From Candidatus Lindowbacteria bacterium RIFCSPLOWO2_12_FULL_62_27 (GTDB lineage Bacteria > Lindowbacteria > 2-12-FULL-62-27), in contig MFPR01000044.1 of assembly GCA_001784175.1 (NCBI GenBank), positions 1-64,000 on the forward strand: a stretch of 64,000 bases of DNA, in the 5' to 3' direction. How positions within the stretch are numbered: position 1 is the stretch's first letter; the number at the start of each line of letters is the position of its first letter. The position numbers and the translations under genes are program-made. This document shows, one piece after another, positions 1 through 9,706 of the stretch. The notes beneath the pieces are model-generated. The model saw only the letters and a program-made list of their open reading frames with translations, searched no databases and had not been told where the DNA came from.

Positions 1-148
1 TCGAGAAGGGGGAATGTGGGGTAGAGGGTTCGGGAGAGGGGGCGCGTCTCCCGATAAAATGCCTCTCTTTTACCCACAGGAAAACCGGAAGACCCCAAAA
101 AGGCAGGGGGGAATGGGAATGGGGAATGGGGAATGGTGGGAATGGGAA

Positions 149-201
149 TGGTGCCATTCTTCTACTTTACTACTTTCGAATTTCTTCGATAGTAGAACAC
201 C
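149..201 (+). repeat. Orphan copy of the RAYT-flanking repeat
   Basis: 149-176 TGGTGCCATTCTTCTACTTTACTACTTT matches 3792-3819 at 26/28. GATAGTAGAACACC (188-201) matches GATAGTAGATCACC (3824-3837). Preceded by (GGGAAT)n-like low-complexity repeats. Confidence 0.85.
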
Positions 202-226
202 CTACACATGGGGGTAGATGGGGAAA

Positions 227-2818
227 TCACTCCTCCTCCGGTGTCTCTTTCTCCTCTCCTCCCTTCACTTTGGATGCGCCCGTATCGGCCGGAGGTTTCC
301 GGGACCATATTTCCGGATACTTGGCGGCGGCCGGACCGAGATAAGACTTGATGTACGGCACGTTCTTGAACCGCGACATGCGGGCCGCGTAGGGCCTGGC
401 CTCGGAATCCCGGCCGGCTTCGGTCAGCAGACGGATCACGTGTGCGTACATCATTCCGGCGTTGGCCTCCTGCCCATCGCGTTCGAATTTCTCAGCGGCC
501 TTCAGGAAGAAACCGGTCGCTTTCCGTTTGGCGGCGTCCGCTGCGCCGGTCCTGCCCATTTCCGCCAGCGCATGCGCGATGCGAAGAGTTTCTTGCGCGA
601 CGCCGTGATGGGTTCCTATCTTTTCGTATGCCTCCGCCGACATCCGGAACATCTCCACAGCTTCCGCATGCCTTTTATCCCTCATGAGGATAGCCCCCAG
701 CCGGTCTGCCATGGTGGCAAACATCCCAGGGCTGGCCGTCTTCTCAACCGGCATCCGCGCACGATAGACGGCCTCTGCGGACCCGAAGGCGGCATCGGCG
801 CCTGGGAGATTTCCCATTTTTTCCCTGACGTGAGCGAGATTTTCGTATTCGGACGCCAAGCCAAATCCGCCGCCCATCTGTTCGGCCATCGCAATCGATT
901 TTAGATAGGCCTCCTCCGCCCCGGCGAATTGTTTCAACCCCATCAGAATCCTCCCCTTGCCTGAGTAGAAGCCCCACAGTTGCCTGGTATCCCCTGCCGC
1001 TACATAAATCCTCTCGGCCTTTTGGTAGGCCTCATCCGCTGCCGGGTAGTTCGTCGTTTTCGTGAGAACCATTCCCAAGTGTACATGCATCGCCGCCATC
1101 GCAAGGGTATCTCCCAATTTTTCATACAAACCCGCCGCCCGTCGATACACTTCCGCCGATTCTTCGCGGCTTCGCTTGTAACGACTCAGCATCCCTGCTT
1201 CCCGGTCATACATGAGCGCCTGTTTTCGAAGATATCCGGCTTCGCCAAAGCCTATCGCTGCCTGCCGATAGGCATCGGCCGCCTCCCGGGTTTTCCCCAG
1301 ACTGGCCATGACGATTCCCATACCGGAATAGGCGTCGGCCAGGAAGTAATCGGAGCCGGTCCGTTTGGCGATGTCCACCGATTTCCATGCGTTTTCCGCC
1401 GCCTCCGATCTCCGGGCAGCATCAAACATCTGCACCCAGCCCAGTCCGGAATAGGCCTCGTACAAACCGCCGTCATCTCCGTCTTTTTCCGACACCGCCA
1501 CCGCCTTTCGAAAAAACGACTCGGCCTCCGGAAGTTTCCTTCTGGTACAGTGAGTCCACCCGAGGTTGTTGTATGCTTGCGCCAGCCCGGCCGCGTCACC
1601 TCGTTTCAGGCATATCTGCTCCGCTCTGCGCAACGCCGTGTCCGCGGCCTCAAGAGCGCCATGTCCACCCAGATTATAATTCCCGACCAGTTCCGCCAGC
1701 GTTCGGCCGAGGCCGATGTAAGAAGCCGCCAGCCCGCGCTCGTCACCCTCCCGTTCATTTTCCGCCACGGCGGCGCGAAATGCTTTTTCCGCCTCCACCC
1801 AATGGCCGATCTTCAGAAGTTTTTGCGCCTTCCCTTCCGCCGTCGGCTTCAATGCGAGCCAGACGGAAAGACCCAGCGCAATCGCGCCCGCGACGCAGGA
1901 AACGCGGATCGCCGTCTTCTTGAGTTTTTTTCTCCGCCGTTCCGCCGCTGTCCGGGCGTAGGACGGGCGGGGCGTATACACCCGGGTGTCCTTTGCCGAC
2001 GCCAACGCCGCGACCAATTCTGCGGCCGACTGGAATCGATCGACAGGATTCTTTTCGGTCAGCCGGTCGATCACGGAGGCGAGGCCCGGCGGGGCAGCCC
2101 GGGATGCCTCCCGCACCAGGGGCGCGTCCTCGTTCGGGTTGGCGATGTGCCGGATCAGCGTGATCTGGCTTTCGGATTCGTAAGGCAGCCGGCGCGCGAG
2201 CATCCAGAAGCCGACCACGCCGAGCGACCAGAGATCTGCGCGGGCGTCCACGCCCTTCGACCCGCTCGCCTCAAACTGTTCCGGGGCCATGTACGCCGGC
2301 GTGCCGAAGTACTGGCCGGTCATGGTCAGCGTCACTTCGTCCATGACTTTCGAGATGCCAAAATCGATGATCTTGACTTCGTCGGCGTCCGTCACCAGGA
2401 TGTTTTTCGGCGAGATGTCGCGGTGGATGACGCCTTGGGCGTGGGCATAGTCCAGAATCCGCGCCGCGCCCGACAGCACGGCGGCAATCCAGTCCGCACC
2501 CGCGCGATCGGGATGATTCCGCACGATGTCCTCGACCGGGCGGCCCTCCACGTACTCCATGGTCAGGTACATCCGGCCGCCGTGTTCGCCCTGTTCGAAG
2601 AGCCGGGGAATGCCGGGATGGGACAGGCGGTCGAGGGTTTTGCATTCGCGCAAAAAACGGTTTCGGAATTCGGCGTTTTTCGAAAGGTATTCAGGCACGA
2701 TCTTGAGCGCCACCGGCCGGCCGGTCGAGTCCTCGGACAGGTAGACCGACCCCATCCCCCCGTGGCCGATTTCCCGAAGGAACTTAAAGGAACCGAACGA
2801 GCCGGGCGGCGCCGTCAC
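227..2818 (-). CDS. Hanks-type Ser/Thr protein kinase with one TM helix and C-terminal TPR array
   Basis: IGHGGMGSVY, VALK, HRDISPKNILV, KIIDFG and GTPAYMAPE motifs; hydrophobic segment VSCVAGAIALGLSVWLAL; then TPR-like repeats. GTG start at 2818 overlaps the upstream stop (GTGA). Confidence 0.92.
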   Translation of the reverse strand: MTAPPGSFGSFKFLREIGHGGMGSVYLSEDSTGRPVALKIVPEYLSKNAEFRNRFLRECKTLDRLSHPGIPRLFEQGEHGGRMYLTMEYVEGRPVEDIVRNHPDRAGADWIAAVLSGAARILDYAHAQGVIHRDISPKNILVTDADEVKIIDFGISKVMDEVTLTMTGQYFGTPAYMAPEQFEASGSKGVDARADLWSLGVVGFWMLARRLPYESESQITLIRHIANPNEDAPLVREASRAAPPGLASVIDRLTEKNPVDRFQSAAELVAALASAKDTRVYTPRPSYARTAAERRRKKLKKTAIRVSCVAGAIALGLSVWLALKPTAEGKAQKLLKIGHWVEAEKAFRAAVAENEREGDERGLAASYIGLGRTLAELVGNYNLGGHGALEAADTALRRAEQICLKRGDAAGLAQAYNNLGWTHCTRRKLPEAESFFRKAVAVSEKDGDDGGLYEAYSGLGWVQMFDAARRSEAAENAWKSVDIAKRTGSDYFLADAYSGMGIVMASLGKTREAADAYRQAAIGFGEAGYLRKQALMYDREAGMLSRYKRSREESAEVYRRAAGLYEKLGDTLAMAAMHVHLGMVLTKTTNYPAADEAYQKAERIYVAAGDTRQLWGFYSGKGRILMGLKQFAGAEEAYLKSIAMAEQMGGGFGLASEYENLAHVREKMGNLPGADAAFGSAEAVYRARMPVEKTASPGMFATMADRLGAILMRDKRHAEAVEMFRMSAEAYEKIGTHHGVAQETLRIAHALAEMGRTGAADAAKRKATGFFLKAAEKFERDGQEANAGMMYAHVIRLLTEAGRDSEARPYAARMSRFKNVPYIKSYLGPAAAKYPEIWSRKPPADTGASKVKGGEEKETPEEE

Positions 2819-3714
2819 TTTCCCGGGCGCGAACCAGGCTCGCCGGATTCGATGAGAGTCCGGGCGCGGTCGCCGTGGATGGTGATCTTCTTTTTTGTCT
2901 GCATCTCCTCGATCCACGGATCGAGAACCCGGCCGCGTTTGAGTCCGAACACGTATTTCCGGATCGGCTCCCGGACTTCCTCGAACGCGATCGGCCGGGC
3001 CGGTTCGATCCGGGCGACGTAGGCCACGTGCCATCCGATGGGCGTGGGGATGGGCCGGCTCACAAAGGCCAGCGGCATTTCGAACACGGGCCGGGCGAAT
3101 TCCGGAAGGAGCTGCTGCGCCGTCACCCCGACAAAGAGCGTGTCGGACCCGGGCACGGCATATTTTTTCAGTATGTCCGAAAAATTTCCGATCCGCGACG
3201 CCTCCTCATGCGCCTTCCGGGCCGCCGTCTCGGTCTCGAGGGTGACGCAGTAGATCGTGCGGCGTTCCGGGAAGACAAACCGGGCGCGGTTTTTTTCGTA
3301 AAACGCCAGAATTTCAGTGTCGGTCACATCAAGCTCCGTGCCGAACATTTCCCGCACCAGTTCTTGGATGACCATCTGTTCGGTCATCGCCCGGATCCGC
3401 TCGCGGATCTCCGGCCGCCGGTCAATGCCGCGCTCGGCGGCCTCGTTGAGCAGGAGCGTCTTCTGGATGAGCAGCCGGAACACCTCCTGCCGGTCCTGGA
3501 CCGTGAGCGCCTCGCCGAGAAAGGCCTGGAACCACGCCAGCTCGCTCAAGTAATCCTCCACGGTGGCGGCGGCGTGCGCCGTCTCAATCAGGACGGCGCC
3601 GGCCGTCTCCCGCCCCGGCTGCTTCTGCTTCTTCGCCTCCGCCTCCACAAGGCCGCTCGCCATGCATGCCGACAGGCACAGCACGAGAGATGCGGTCTTC
3701 GGAACGATTCCCAT
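2815..3714 (-). CDS. PpiC/SurA-type peptidyl-prolyl isomerase (secreted foldase)
   Basis: Signal peptide, VTDTEILAFYEKN, LLPEFARPVFEM, VSRPIPTPIGWHV, FEEVREPI. ATG 3714 chosen from promoter position. Confidence 0.85.
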   Translation of the reverse strand: MGIVPKTASLVLCLSACMASGLVEAEAKKQKQPGRETAGAVLIETAHAAATVEDYLSELAWFQAFLGEALTVQDRQEVFRLLIQKTLLLNEAAERGIDRRPEIRERIRAMTEQMVIQELVREMFGTELDVTDTEILAFYEKNRARFVFPERRTIYCVTLETETAARKAHEEASRIGNFSDILKKYAVPGSDTLFVGVTAQQLLPEFARPVFEMPLAFVSRPIPTPIGWHVAYVARIEPARPIAFEEVREPIRKYVFGLKRGRVLDPWIEEMQTKKKITIHGDRARTLIESGEPGSRPGK

Positions 3715-3721
3715 GCCATTC

Positions 3722-3750
3722 AATATACCAGCGCACCCGCAACGACTCAA
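3722..3750 (-). promoter_or_regulatory. Sigma70-like promoter, probably leaderless, for the PPIase-kinase operon
   Basis: TTGAGT-N17-TATATT with TGn extension, 7 nt before ATG 3714. Confidence 0.55.
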
Positions 3751-3782
3751 GGAAGCGAGCTTGGGGCTTGGGATTGGTGGGC

Positions 3783-4863
3783 TTGGGGGCTTGGTGTCAT
3801 TCTTCTACTTTGCTACTTTATGTGATAGTAGATCACCATGCGAGGTCCGCGGATTTGTTATCCGGGCGCCGTGCTGCATGTGATCAATCGGTTTGTTGAC
3901 CGGCACCCTTTTTTCAAACGGCCCGAGGATTACCGAATGTTCCTCGACGTTTATTTTTCCGCCGCCAAAACCTTTGGCGTCAAAACGTATGCCTATGGCC
4001 TGATGCCCAACCATTTTCATTTTGTTCTCGAAACACCTTCCGGCGACATTTCGAGATTCTTGCAGCGCTTTCTGACATGCGCCGCTAAAAAATTGAACAG
4101 GACCTACGGCCGCACCGGGCATTTATTCGCCGGACGCAGCAAGACTCTAATTGTCCAGACCGACAGATATTTTAGGACTGTGATCGCTTACGTACTGCTG
4201 AATCCTGTGCGCGCGGGTCTGGCAAAAGACATTTTTTCCTACCGCTGGAGCAGTGTGGGTGAAATGCTGGGCGAACGGCCTTCCCGTCTGGATATGGCCG
4301 GACTATGGGCGTATCTGTTTGACAGTGACTTTGGCGCGCGTCCGATCAAGCGTCGAATTGCCGAAATCCATCGGTGGCTTGAAGATGTTGATGAAGAATC
4401 CAACCAACAGGCGTTTGAGGCTGCGCACCGGGGGGGGTTTTTGGCGGATAAGGAATTCCGGCAGAATATCCTGACGAGGATTGAACGCCGGAAGAAAAGG
4501 ATGGAAATGCAAAATCTCCGGAAGACAGACGTCCGCCCATCCCTGTGGAAATGGACAGACATGGATCGTGCGGCCCGGCAAATCGTGGAGAAAGTTCGCC
4601 GTCTCGATCATCTCTGGCGGAACCGGACAATCGCCGCACAACACATCCGTTGGTATCTGGCGCACGAAGGCGCCGGCTGGTCCTGGGAACAGGTGCACGT
4701 GGCGGAGGGCCATCCCGGCCGGGTCGGGTCACGATACTCCGTGGCCGTTTCCCGTATTCGTCTTGACTCCCGGAAGGGAAAAATTGCTGAACAAGCCGTC
4801 GGGGCAATGATGGGACACATCCGGCGAAAGTAGCAAAGTAGAAGAATGACACCAAGCCCCCAA
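3783..4863. mobile_element. RAYT-type element bounded by a perfect 37-bp inverted repeat
   Basis: 3783-3819 TTGGGGGCTTGGTGTCATTCTTCTACTTTGCTACTTT is the exact reverse complement of 4827-4863; the repeats enclose only the transposase gene. Confidence 0.8.
3838..4833 (+). CDS. REP-associated tyrosine transposase (RAYT; HUH/Y1 superfamily)
   Basis: YPGAVLHVINR, YAYGLMPNHFHFV (HUH), GHLFAGR, YVLLNPVRAGL and YRWSS motifs. Confidence 0.92.
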   Translation: MRGPRICYPGAVLHVINRFVDRHPFFKRPEDYRMFLDVYFSAAKTFGVKTYAYGLMPNHFHFVLETPSGDISRFLQRFLTCAAKKLNRTYGRTGHLFAGRSKTLIVQTDRYFRTVIAYVLLNPVRAGLAKDIFSYRWSSVGEMLGERPSRLDMAGLWAYLFDSDFGARPIKRRIAEIHRWLEDVDEESNQQAFEAAHRGGFLADKEFRQNILTRIERRKKRMEMQNLRKTDVRPSLWKWTDMDRAARQIVEKVRRLDHLWRNRTIAAQHIRWYLAHEGAGWSWEQVHVAEGHPGRVGSRYSVAVSRIRLDSRKGKIAEQAVGAMMGHIRRK

Positions 4864-5019
4864 CCAAGCCCAAGCCACCACCAAGCCACAAGCCCAAAGT
4901 CCCAAGTCCACCAGCCCACGCCCACCATGACCCCAAAGCCAAAAATATGAACGAATGACAAGAAATCCAAGATCCACGCAGCGACGCCGGTCCGGGCGGC
5001 GGCGACGCCGGTTGGCGTA

Positions 5020-7515
5020 ATGAATCCTGTCCTCTCAAAGTATCGGGTGTATGTATGCCTCGGTTTATTGTGTCTTGTTCACCTCGGTTACAAACTTTAC
5101 CTTTTCGATCGAATGTATATTCCCGACCGAAATCAAGAGCAGAATTTTTTTTGGTCTGAGGCGGCGTTTCATTACCGTCACTTCAAGATGATTGCCGATG
5201 GAAAGGAAATACCGGCCATCGACAGACAGATACAATATCCGGAAGGAATCCATACCAGACTCTACAACACACCATTGATGGAGTATGTGACCGGATCTCT
5301 GTATCGCAATTTCTTTCGCCAATACCCGCCGCACGTATTCCTGGTCTATTTCATGCTGAGCTTTTCCTGTTTGAATATTATCGCTGTTTTTATGACCGCA
5401 AAAGCGATCTGGACGTCCGACGAGGGTTCCCTCTTCCTGGCCGGTTGTTATGCCTTTCTACCCGGGCAATTTATCCGGACGATCATCGGCATATACATCA
5501 AGGAAGTCTTCGCGCTTCCTTTTATATTCATTAGTTTTGGCTGTTTAATGCATTGTTTCAAAAAAGACACTTATGCCACGTCTGTCATCGGAGCCTTGTC
5601 ATTGGTGACCGCTCTAATCGCGTGGGATGTCACCCAACTGTATTTGACCATCCTGGCTTGCGGGTTGGTTGTCACATTCCTCATTACAAGAGGCGAGAAT
5701 TTCCCGATCAAAAACCTGTTCATGACGACGTTTATTTTATTGATGGCCGCCGTGTCCCTGCCGGAGTTGCGGGTCAAATATTTTGCCGTTTCGCCGCCCA
5801 TACTTCTTTTGATAGGAATGATCGTCATCCTGCTCACAGTCAAATATCGGGAACGCAACACGTACGGATTTTATCCGCTTGCCATCCGCATTTTTTTGTT
5901 TCTATCCATTGCGGCACTGTTCACTTCAGGACTGGACCATTCGTATTCGCACGCTTATCAGCTGGTACTATATAAAATAATGTACGGGGGCGTGCTGCCG
6001 GCCGACGCGGATCTCCTGCCATTCGAAGCCAAGATCATGTGGACGGGACCTTTCTTGAGTCCTCAACCCGTGCATTACCTGATTAATTTTTTATCGGTTC
6101 TCATACCCGGGACCGTGGCCGTCCTTCTGCTGATAAAAAAGATAGCGGACAAATCGGCCGGCAAGGAAGAAATATTAATCACCTGTTTGTCCCTGACCTT
6201 CTGTATACTCTTCACGTTGATCTTGAGAATGAGCGTCTTCACCGCATTTTTTTCCGTGCTGCCCATCGGCGTGTATCACGCCATCGCGCGCAGGACCCTT
6301 AAACATGTCATTGCCGGCGGCATTTCACTGTTATTGCTGATCCACAACCTGGTTCTGCCCGGTTTTCATATCACGCCGTCCATTCCCGATGGGAAATACC
6401 TCGATCAATTGATCAACTATCTCAGGGATGAAACGCCGCCGGACGCTGTGTTTCTAACGTCGTATGAATTGGGTCCGTCCGTCGCCGGCTATGCGGATCG
6501 TGCCGTTCTCATCCATTCCAAATTCGAATCAAAAAAATTGAGGGACAAAGTCAAAGAAATCTACACCGCGTTGTTCAGCAACGAAGAGGATTTGCATGAG
6601 ATCGGCGCAAGATACGGGGCCGGTTATGTGATCTACCAAAACGACATGGTGTTGGCGGACTATCCCGGTAATATTGCCTATCAGGTGGATCGGTTCCCCA
6701 TCCGGACCCACAGCCCCGCATTTCTGATGCATTTTTTTCCTGAAGAACTTGAACACTTCAATTTGGTTTATCGAAACCACAATTACTCCGTTTTCCAAAT
6801 GGATAAGAACGCGGAAACGAATACAGTCCGTGCGCTCTATTCGCCATTTAATGACATTGGTTTTTTTTACAAAAACGATGAACCCATGGGAAACCTTGAC
6901 AGGGACAGGATCGACCGAGGCGTCGGCGAAATATTCAATCCGAATGTCCTGCTGCTGAAATGTGGGGATTTGATCCGGGCGACCCGGTATCAGGACGCGC
7001 TGGATTTGTGTGAGTATATCGCCCGTACATTCGGCGTGACCAAGGACGTTGATTATCATTTTGCCGAGATATTCATCGGATTGGATGATCAAATGAGATT
7101 GAAGGAAACGCTTTATACCATGATGAATTCAGATGAGCGGCGCATGGTCGTTCATCTGCCGATTCATGACGAAAAAATATTCCTTTGGCTTGGGGCGGGG
7201 GCACTGGCGCATCACGATACAGGATTGGCCCTTGCCCTGTACGAGAAAGCCGTCAAAGTGTTCAGCAATTCTGAAGAACTGAACTTCAGGCTGGGATTGA
7301 CCTGCATGAAATGCAACAGGCTGAGCGAAGCCGGCGCCTGTTTTTCCAAAGTTTTAATGCTGAATCCCAATAATTATACGGTGTTAAATAATCTTGGATC
7401 GATCCATGGTTTCCAAAATGATCACGGGCGCGCCCGATACTATTTCAAGGAATCTTTGCGGATCAATCCCGAACAACCGGATATCCAAAAAATCGTGGCG
7501 GAACTGAATCGATGA
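5020..7515 (+). CDS. GT-C fold glycosyltransferase, DPY19/STT3-like, with C-terminal TPRs
   Basis: Many TM helices; N-terminal loop FWSEAAFHYRHFK...QYPEGI; KEVFALPF; C-terminal domain VFLTSYELGPSVAGYADRAVLIHSKFE...LRDK with no WWDYG; terminal TPRs. Confidence 0.75.
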   Translation: MNPVLSKYRVYVCLGLLCLVHLGYKLYLFDRMYIPDRNQEQNFFWSEAAFHYRHFKMIADGKEIPAIDRQIQYPEGIHTRLYNTPLMEYVTGSLYRNFFRQYPPHVFLVYFMLSFSCLNIIAVFMTAKAIWTSDEGSLFLAGCYAFLPGQFIRTIIGIYIKEVFALPFIFISFGCLMHCFKKDTYATSVIGALSLVTALIAWDVTQLYLTILACGLVVTFLITRGENFPIKNLFMTTFILLMAAVSLPELRVKYFAVSPPILLLIGMIVILLTVKYRERNTYGFYPLAIRIFLFLSIAALFTSGLDHSYSHAYQLVLYKIMYGGVLPADADLLPFEAKIMWTGPFLSPQPVHYLINFLSVLIPGTVAVLLLIKKIADKSAGKEEILITCLSLTFCILFTLILRMSVFTAFFSVLPIGVYHAIARRTLKHVIAGGISLLLLIHNLVLPGFHITPSIPDGKYLDQLINYLRDETPPDAVFLTSYELGPSVAGYADRAVLIHSKFESKKLRDKVKEIYTALFSNEEDLHEIGARYGAGYVIYQNDMVLADYPGNIAYQVDRFPIRTHSPAFLMHFFPEELEHFNLVYRNHNYSVFQMDKNAETNTVRALYSPFNDIGFFYKNDEPMGNLDRDRIDRGVGEIFNPNVLLLKCGDLIRATRYQDALDLCEYIARTFGVTKDVDYHFAEIFIGLDDQMRLKETLYTMMNSDERRMVVHLPIHDEKIFLWLGAGALAHHDTGLALALYEKAVKVFSNSEELNFRLGLTCMKCNRLSEAGACFSKVLMLNPNNYTVLNNLGSIHGFQNDHGRARYYFKESLRINPEQPDIQKIVAELNR

Positions 7516-7535
7516 CTTGATCCGGTCAACCCGCT

Positions 7536-7967
7536 TCAAGGGCCTTTCTTGTCCGGCGGATCCCGCAGGATGCCAAGGCGCGAAAACGCGAAAAACCGCG
7601 CAAGAAAAAGTCCGGTGGTATTCAAAAGCCCCGCCGACGCCGCCGGAAGGTGGAAACAGTCCACGAACAGCCAAACGATAAAGACGTTCAGGGCCGAGAA
7701 GACGCCGGCCACCAGTATGTATTTGACCGGATCGGCTTTTAACATTCCGATGAAAACGTATGCCGTGTATTTCGTAACGAAAAGGGCGCCATATACAATC
7801 GCCGATACCCAAATGGCCGGCAGGCGCCAATGATCGATGAGAAGCCAGAGAGAAGCAATCGGTAGAATCGTCCAGATCACCCCGACAGCCAGATATTTTG
7901 CGAAATGGGAGGCGCAGCGCCGGGCGATGACACCCGGAAAATCGGGCAACCAGTTCGGTGATTTCAT
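7536..7967 (-). CDS. GtrA-family membrane protein (putative lipid-linked sugar flippase)
   Basis: 143 aa, four TM segments, FAKYLAVG and KYILVAG helix starts; lies within a GT-C cluster. Confidence 0.7.
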   Translation of the reverse strand: MKSPNWLPDFPGVIARRCASHFAKYLAVGVIWTILPIASLWLLIDHWRLPAIWVSAIVYGALFVTKYTAYVFIGMLKADPVKYILVAGVFSALNVFIVWLFVDCFHLPAASAGLLNTTGLFLARFFAFSRLGILRDPPDKKGP

Positions 7968-9706
7968 CGGGTCAGCGTCTCCGACGCCCCAAGTGCGGGC
8001 TGCGCCCGCGTCCCCGACGCCGGCCGGGTCAGCGCCCGGCCAAGCGCTTCATGCACCGCCGCGTTCTGCGGCGACAGGGCGGCCGCCACTTGATAGTGTT
8101 CGATAGCCCGCTGTGTGAAACCTTTTTTTTCGAGAACCGATCCCAGAAAAAAGTGAACCTGCGCGTTGCGTGGCCTCAATCGGGAGGCCGACTCCAGGTG
8201 ATGAAGCACCACGTCGATCTGGCCTGTCTGGGCGGCCAGGACGGCGATGTTGTAGTGATTGTCGGCGTCCTGCGGCAGGATGGCCAGTGCCTGCTCGTAG
8301 CAGCCGATGGCCCGCCGCACGTCGTTTCCGTCCGAAGCGATGCGGGCCAGTTCCGAGTATGCCGACGCGGCGGAATAAGATCCCGGTTCCATCCGAATGG
8401 ACTGTTCGAACCTCCTGACGGCGGCCTGTACCTCCCCCCTTTGGTACAAACTCTTTCCTAGTTGATTGTACGCCAGCCCGGCGTGCGGATTGTTTTTTAT
8501 CGTCGCAGCCCAGAGGGTATCCGGGGTGCGATACGACCTTGATTCCAGATGGGTCACGATCGCAAATCCGATCACCACCGCCGCCCCTGTCCACCCTCCC
8601 GCCCGCGCCGGAAGACGGAGCCGGCCGGCCATGTCCCGCACGCCCCATACCAGTGCCGTCAGGACAGGGATGCTGGCCAAGTATGCCCAGCGATTGGCGA
8701 CATTTGAAAAACGGAAATAGGAAATCTTCACAAATCCCAGCATGGGTCCGAGCAAAAGAAGAGTGGCGACGGCGATGACGAGAGTCCCTTTTCCGAACCG
8801 CCGGCAAAGACCGACGGCCAGTACCAGCAATAGCAGTACCGCCGCCAATTTGGCCCAATCCGCCGCGGCCTCCGTCGAAGCTTGAATGGGCGGATAAACA
8901 AAGGAGAGATTCAGAGGGATTATTATTTTCAGAACATAAAACCAGACGGCCGCCGCCGCCGTCGGCCCTTTTTCGGCCAACGTGCTGTCCTGCACGACGA
9001 GATCGGCGCCGGGATGTTCAATCCATACGGTTCGAAGCGCCAGGATGACCGTCATGGATAGAAGGGGCACAAGCCGCCCGACGGTTATCCGGTCAAGGCG
9101 GCCCGTCCGGTACCAATGGATGAATCCCATGAGGATCGGCAGACCAATGACCGATGTTTTGCTCAACAGGGCCAGAAGATAGCAGATGGTACTCAACGCC
9201 AGATCCCGCCTGCGACCCGACTCTCCATGAATCACAAATCGCTCCAGCGAGAGCAGCGCGAAAAAACCGGATAACGTATTCTTGCGTTCCACAATCCAAG
9301 CGACCGACTCGGCATGGATGGGATGGACAGCGAAAAGGAGAGAGACGAGAAAAGCGCCGGGCAGCTTCAGGCGAACCAGGATGCGGAACAGGATGAAAGC
9401 GTTTGCCGCATGGAGCAGGACGTTAACGAGGTGATACCCGAACGGATTCGAGCCCCAGAGACGATGCTCGACCCAAAAAGATGTGCAGACCAGTGGATAG
9501 AATTGATGTTCTCCTGTCTTGAACCAGATGGTCATCAACCCGCCGGCGTCGTTCATGGCGGGGTTGTCCGGGATATAGGCCCGGTCGTCCCAGATGAAAT
9601 CGCCGAAGAGGGCCGGCATATACGCTGCGACTACCAAGAGAGCGATTGTCAGGAACACTCCCGCCATTCGCTCCGGCGAATGGCGGAGACAGGAAGGGCC
9701 GATCAT
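7964..9706 (-). CDS. TMTC-like GT-C protein O-glycosyltransferase with TPRs
   Basis: FIWDD, YPL, GYHLVNVLLH, LFAVHPIHAESVAWIVERK, ALLSK, ANRWAYL, C-terminal TPRs. Confidence 0.88.
   Translation of the reverse strand: MIGPSCLRHSPERMAGVFLTIALLVVAAYMPALFGDFIWDDRAYIPDNPAMNDAGGLMTIWFKTGEHQFYPLVCTSFWVEHRLWGSNPFGYHLVNVLLHAANAFILFRILVRLKLPGAFLVSLLFAVHPIHAESVAWIVERKNTLSGFFALLSLERFVIHGESGRRRDLALSTICYLLALLSKTSVIGLPILMGFIHWYRTGRLDRITVGRLVPLLSMTVILALRTVWIEHPGADLVVQDSTLAEKGPTAAAAVWFYVLKIIIPLNLSFVYPPIQASTEAAADWAKLAAVLLLLVLAVGLCRRFGKGTLVIAVATLLLLGPMLGFVKISYFRFSNVANRWAYLASIPVLTALVWGVRDMAGRLRLPARAGGWTGAAVVIGFAIVTHLESRSYRTPDTLWAATIKNNPHAGLAYNQLGKSLYQRGEVQAAVRRFEQSIRMEPGSYSAASAYSELARIASDGNDVRRAIGCYEQALAILPQDADNHYNIAVLAAQTGQIDVVLHHLESASRLRPRNAQVHFFLGSVLEKKGFTQRAIEHYQVAAALSPQNAAVHEALGRALTRPASGTRAQPALGASETLTR

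Noticed and set aside
980-3022. 680-aa plus-strand ORF, and similar long antisense ORFs (15045-17000, 22415-24067, 24917-26752, 50477-52300, 61021-62469)
   Set aside because: Each lies opposite a gene with clear family motifs, has no motifs of its own, and is expected in GC-rich DNA.
2819-3034. N-terminal extension of the kinase ORF
   Set aside because: It overlaps the PPIase coding region; GTG 2818 gives a standard 4-bp overlap right before the kinase domain.
5020-7515. Canonical N-oligosaccharyltransferase (PglB/AglB)
   Set aside because: The WWDYG motif is absent, so only a broader DPY19/STT3-like call is supported.
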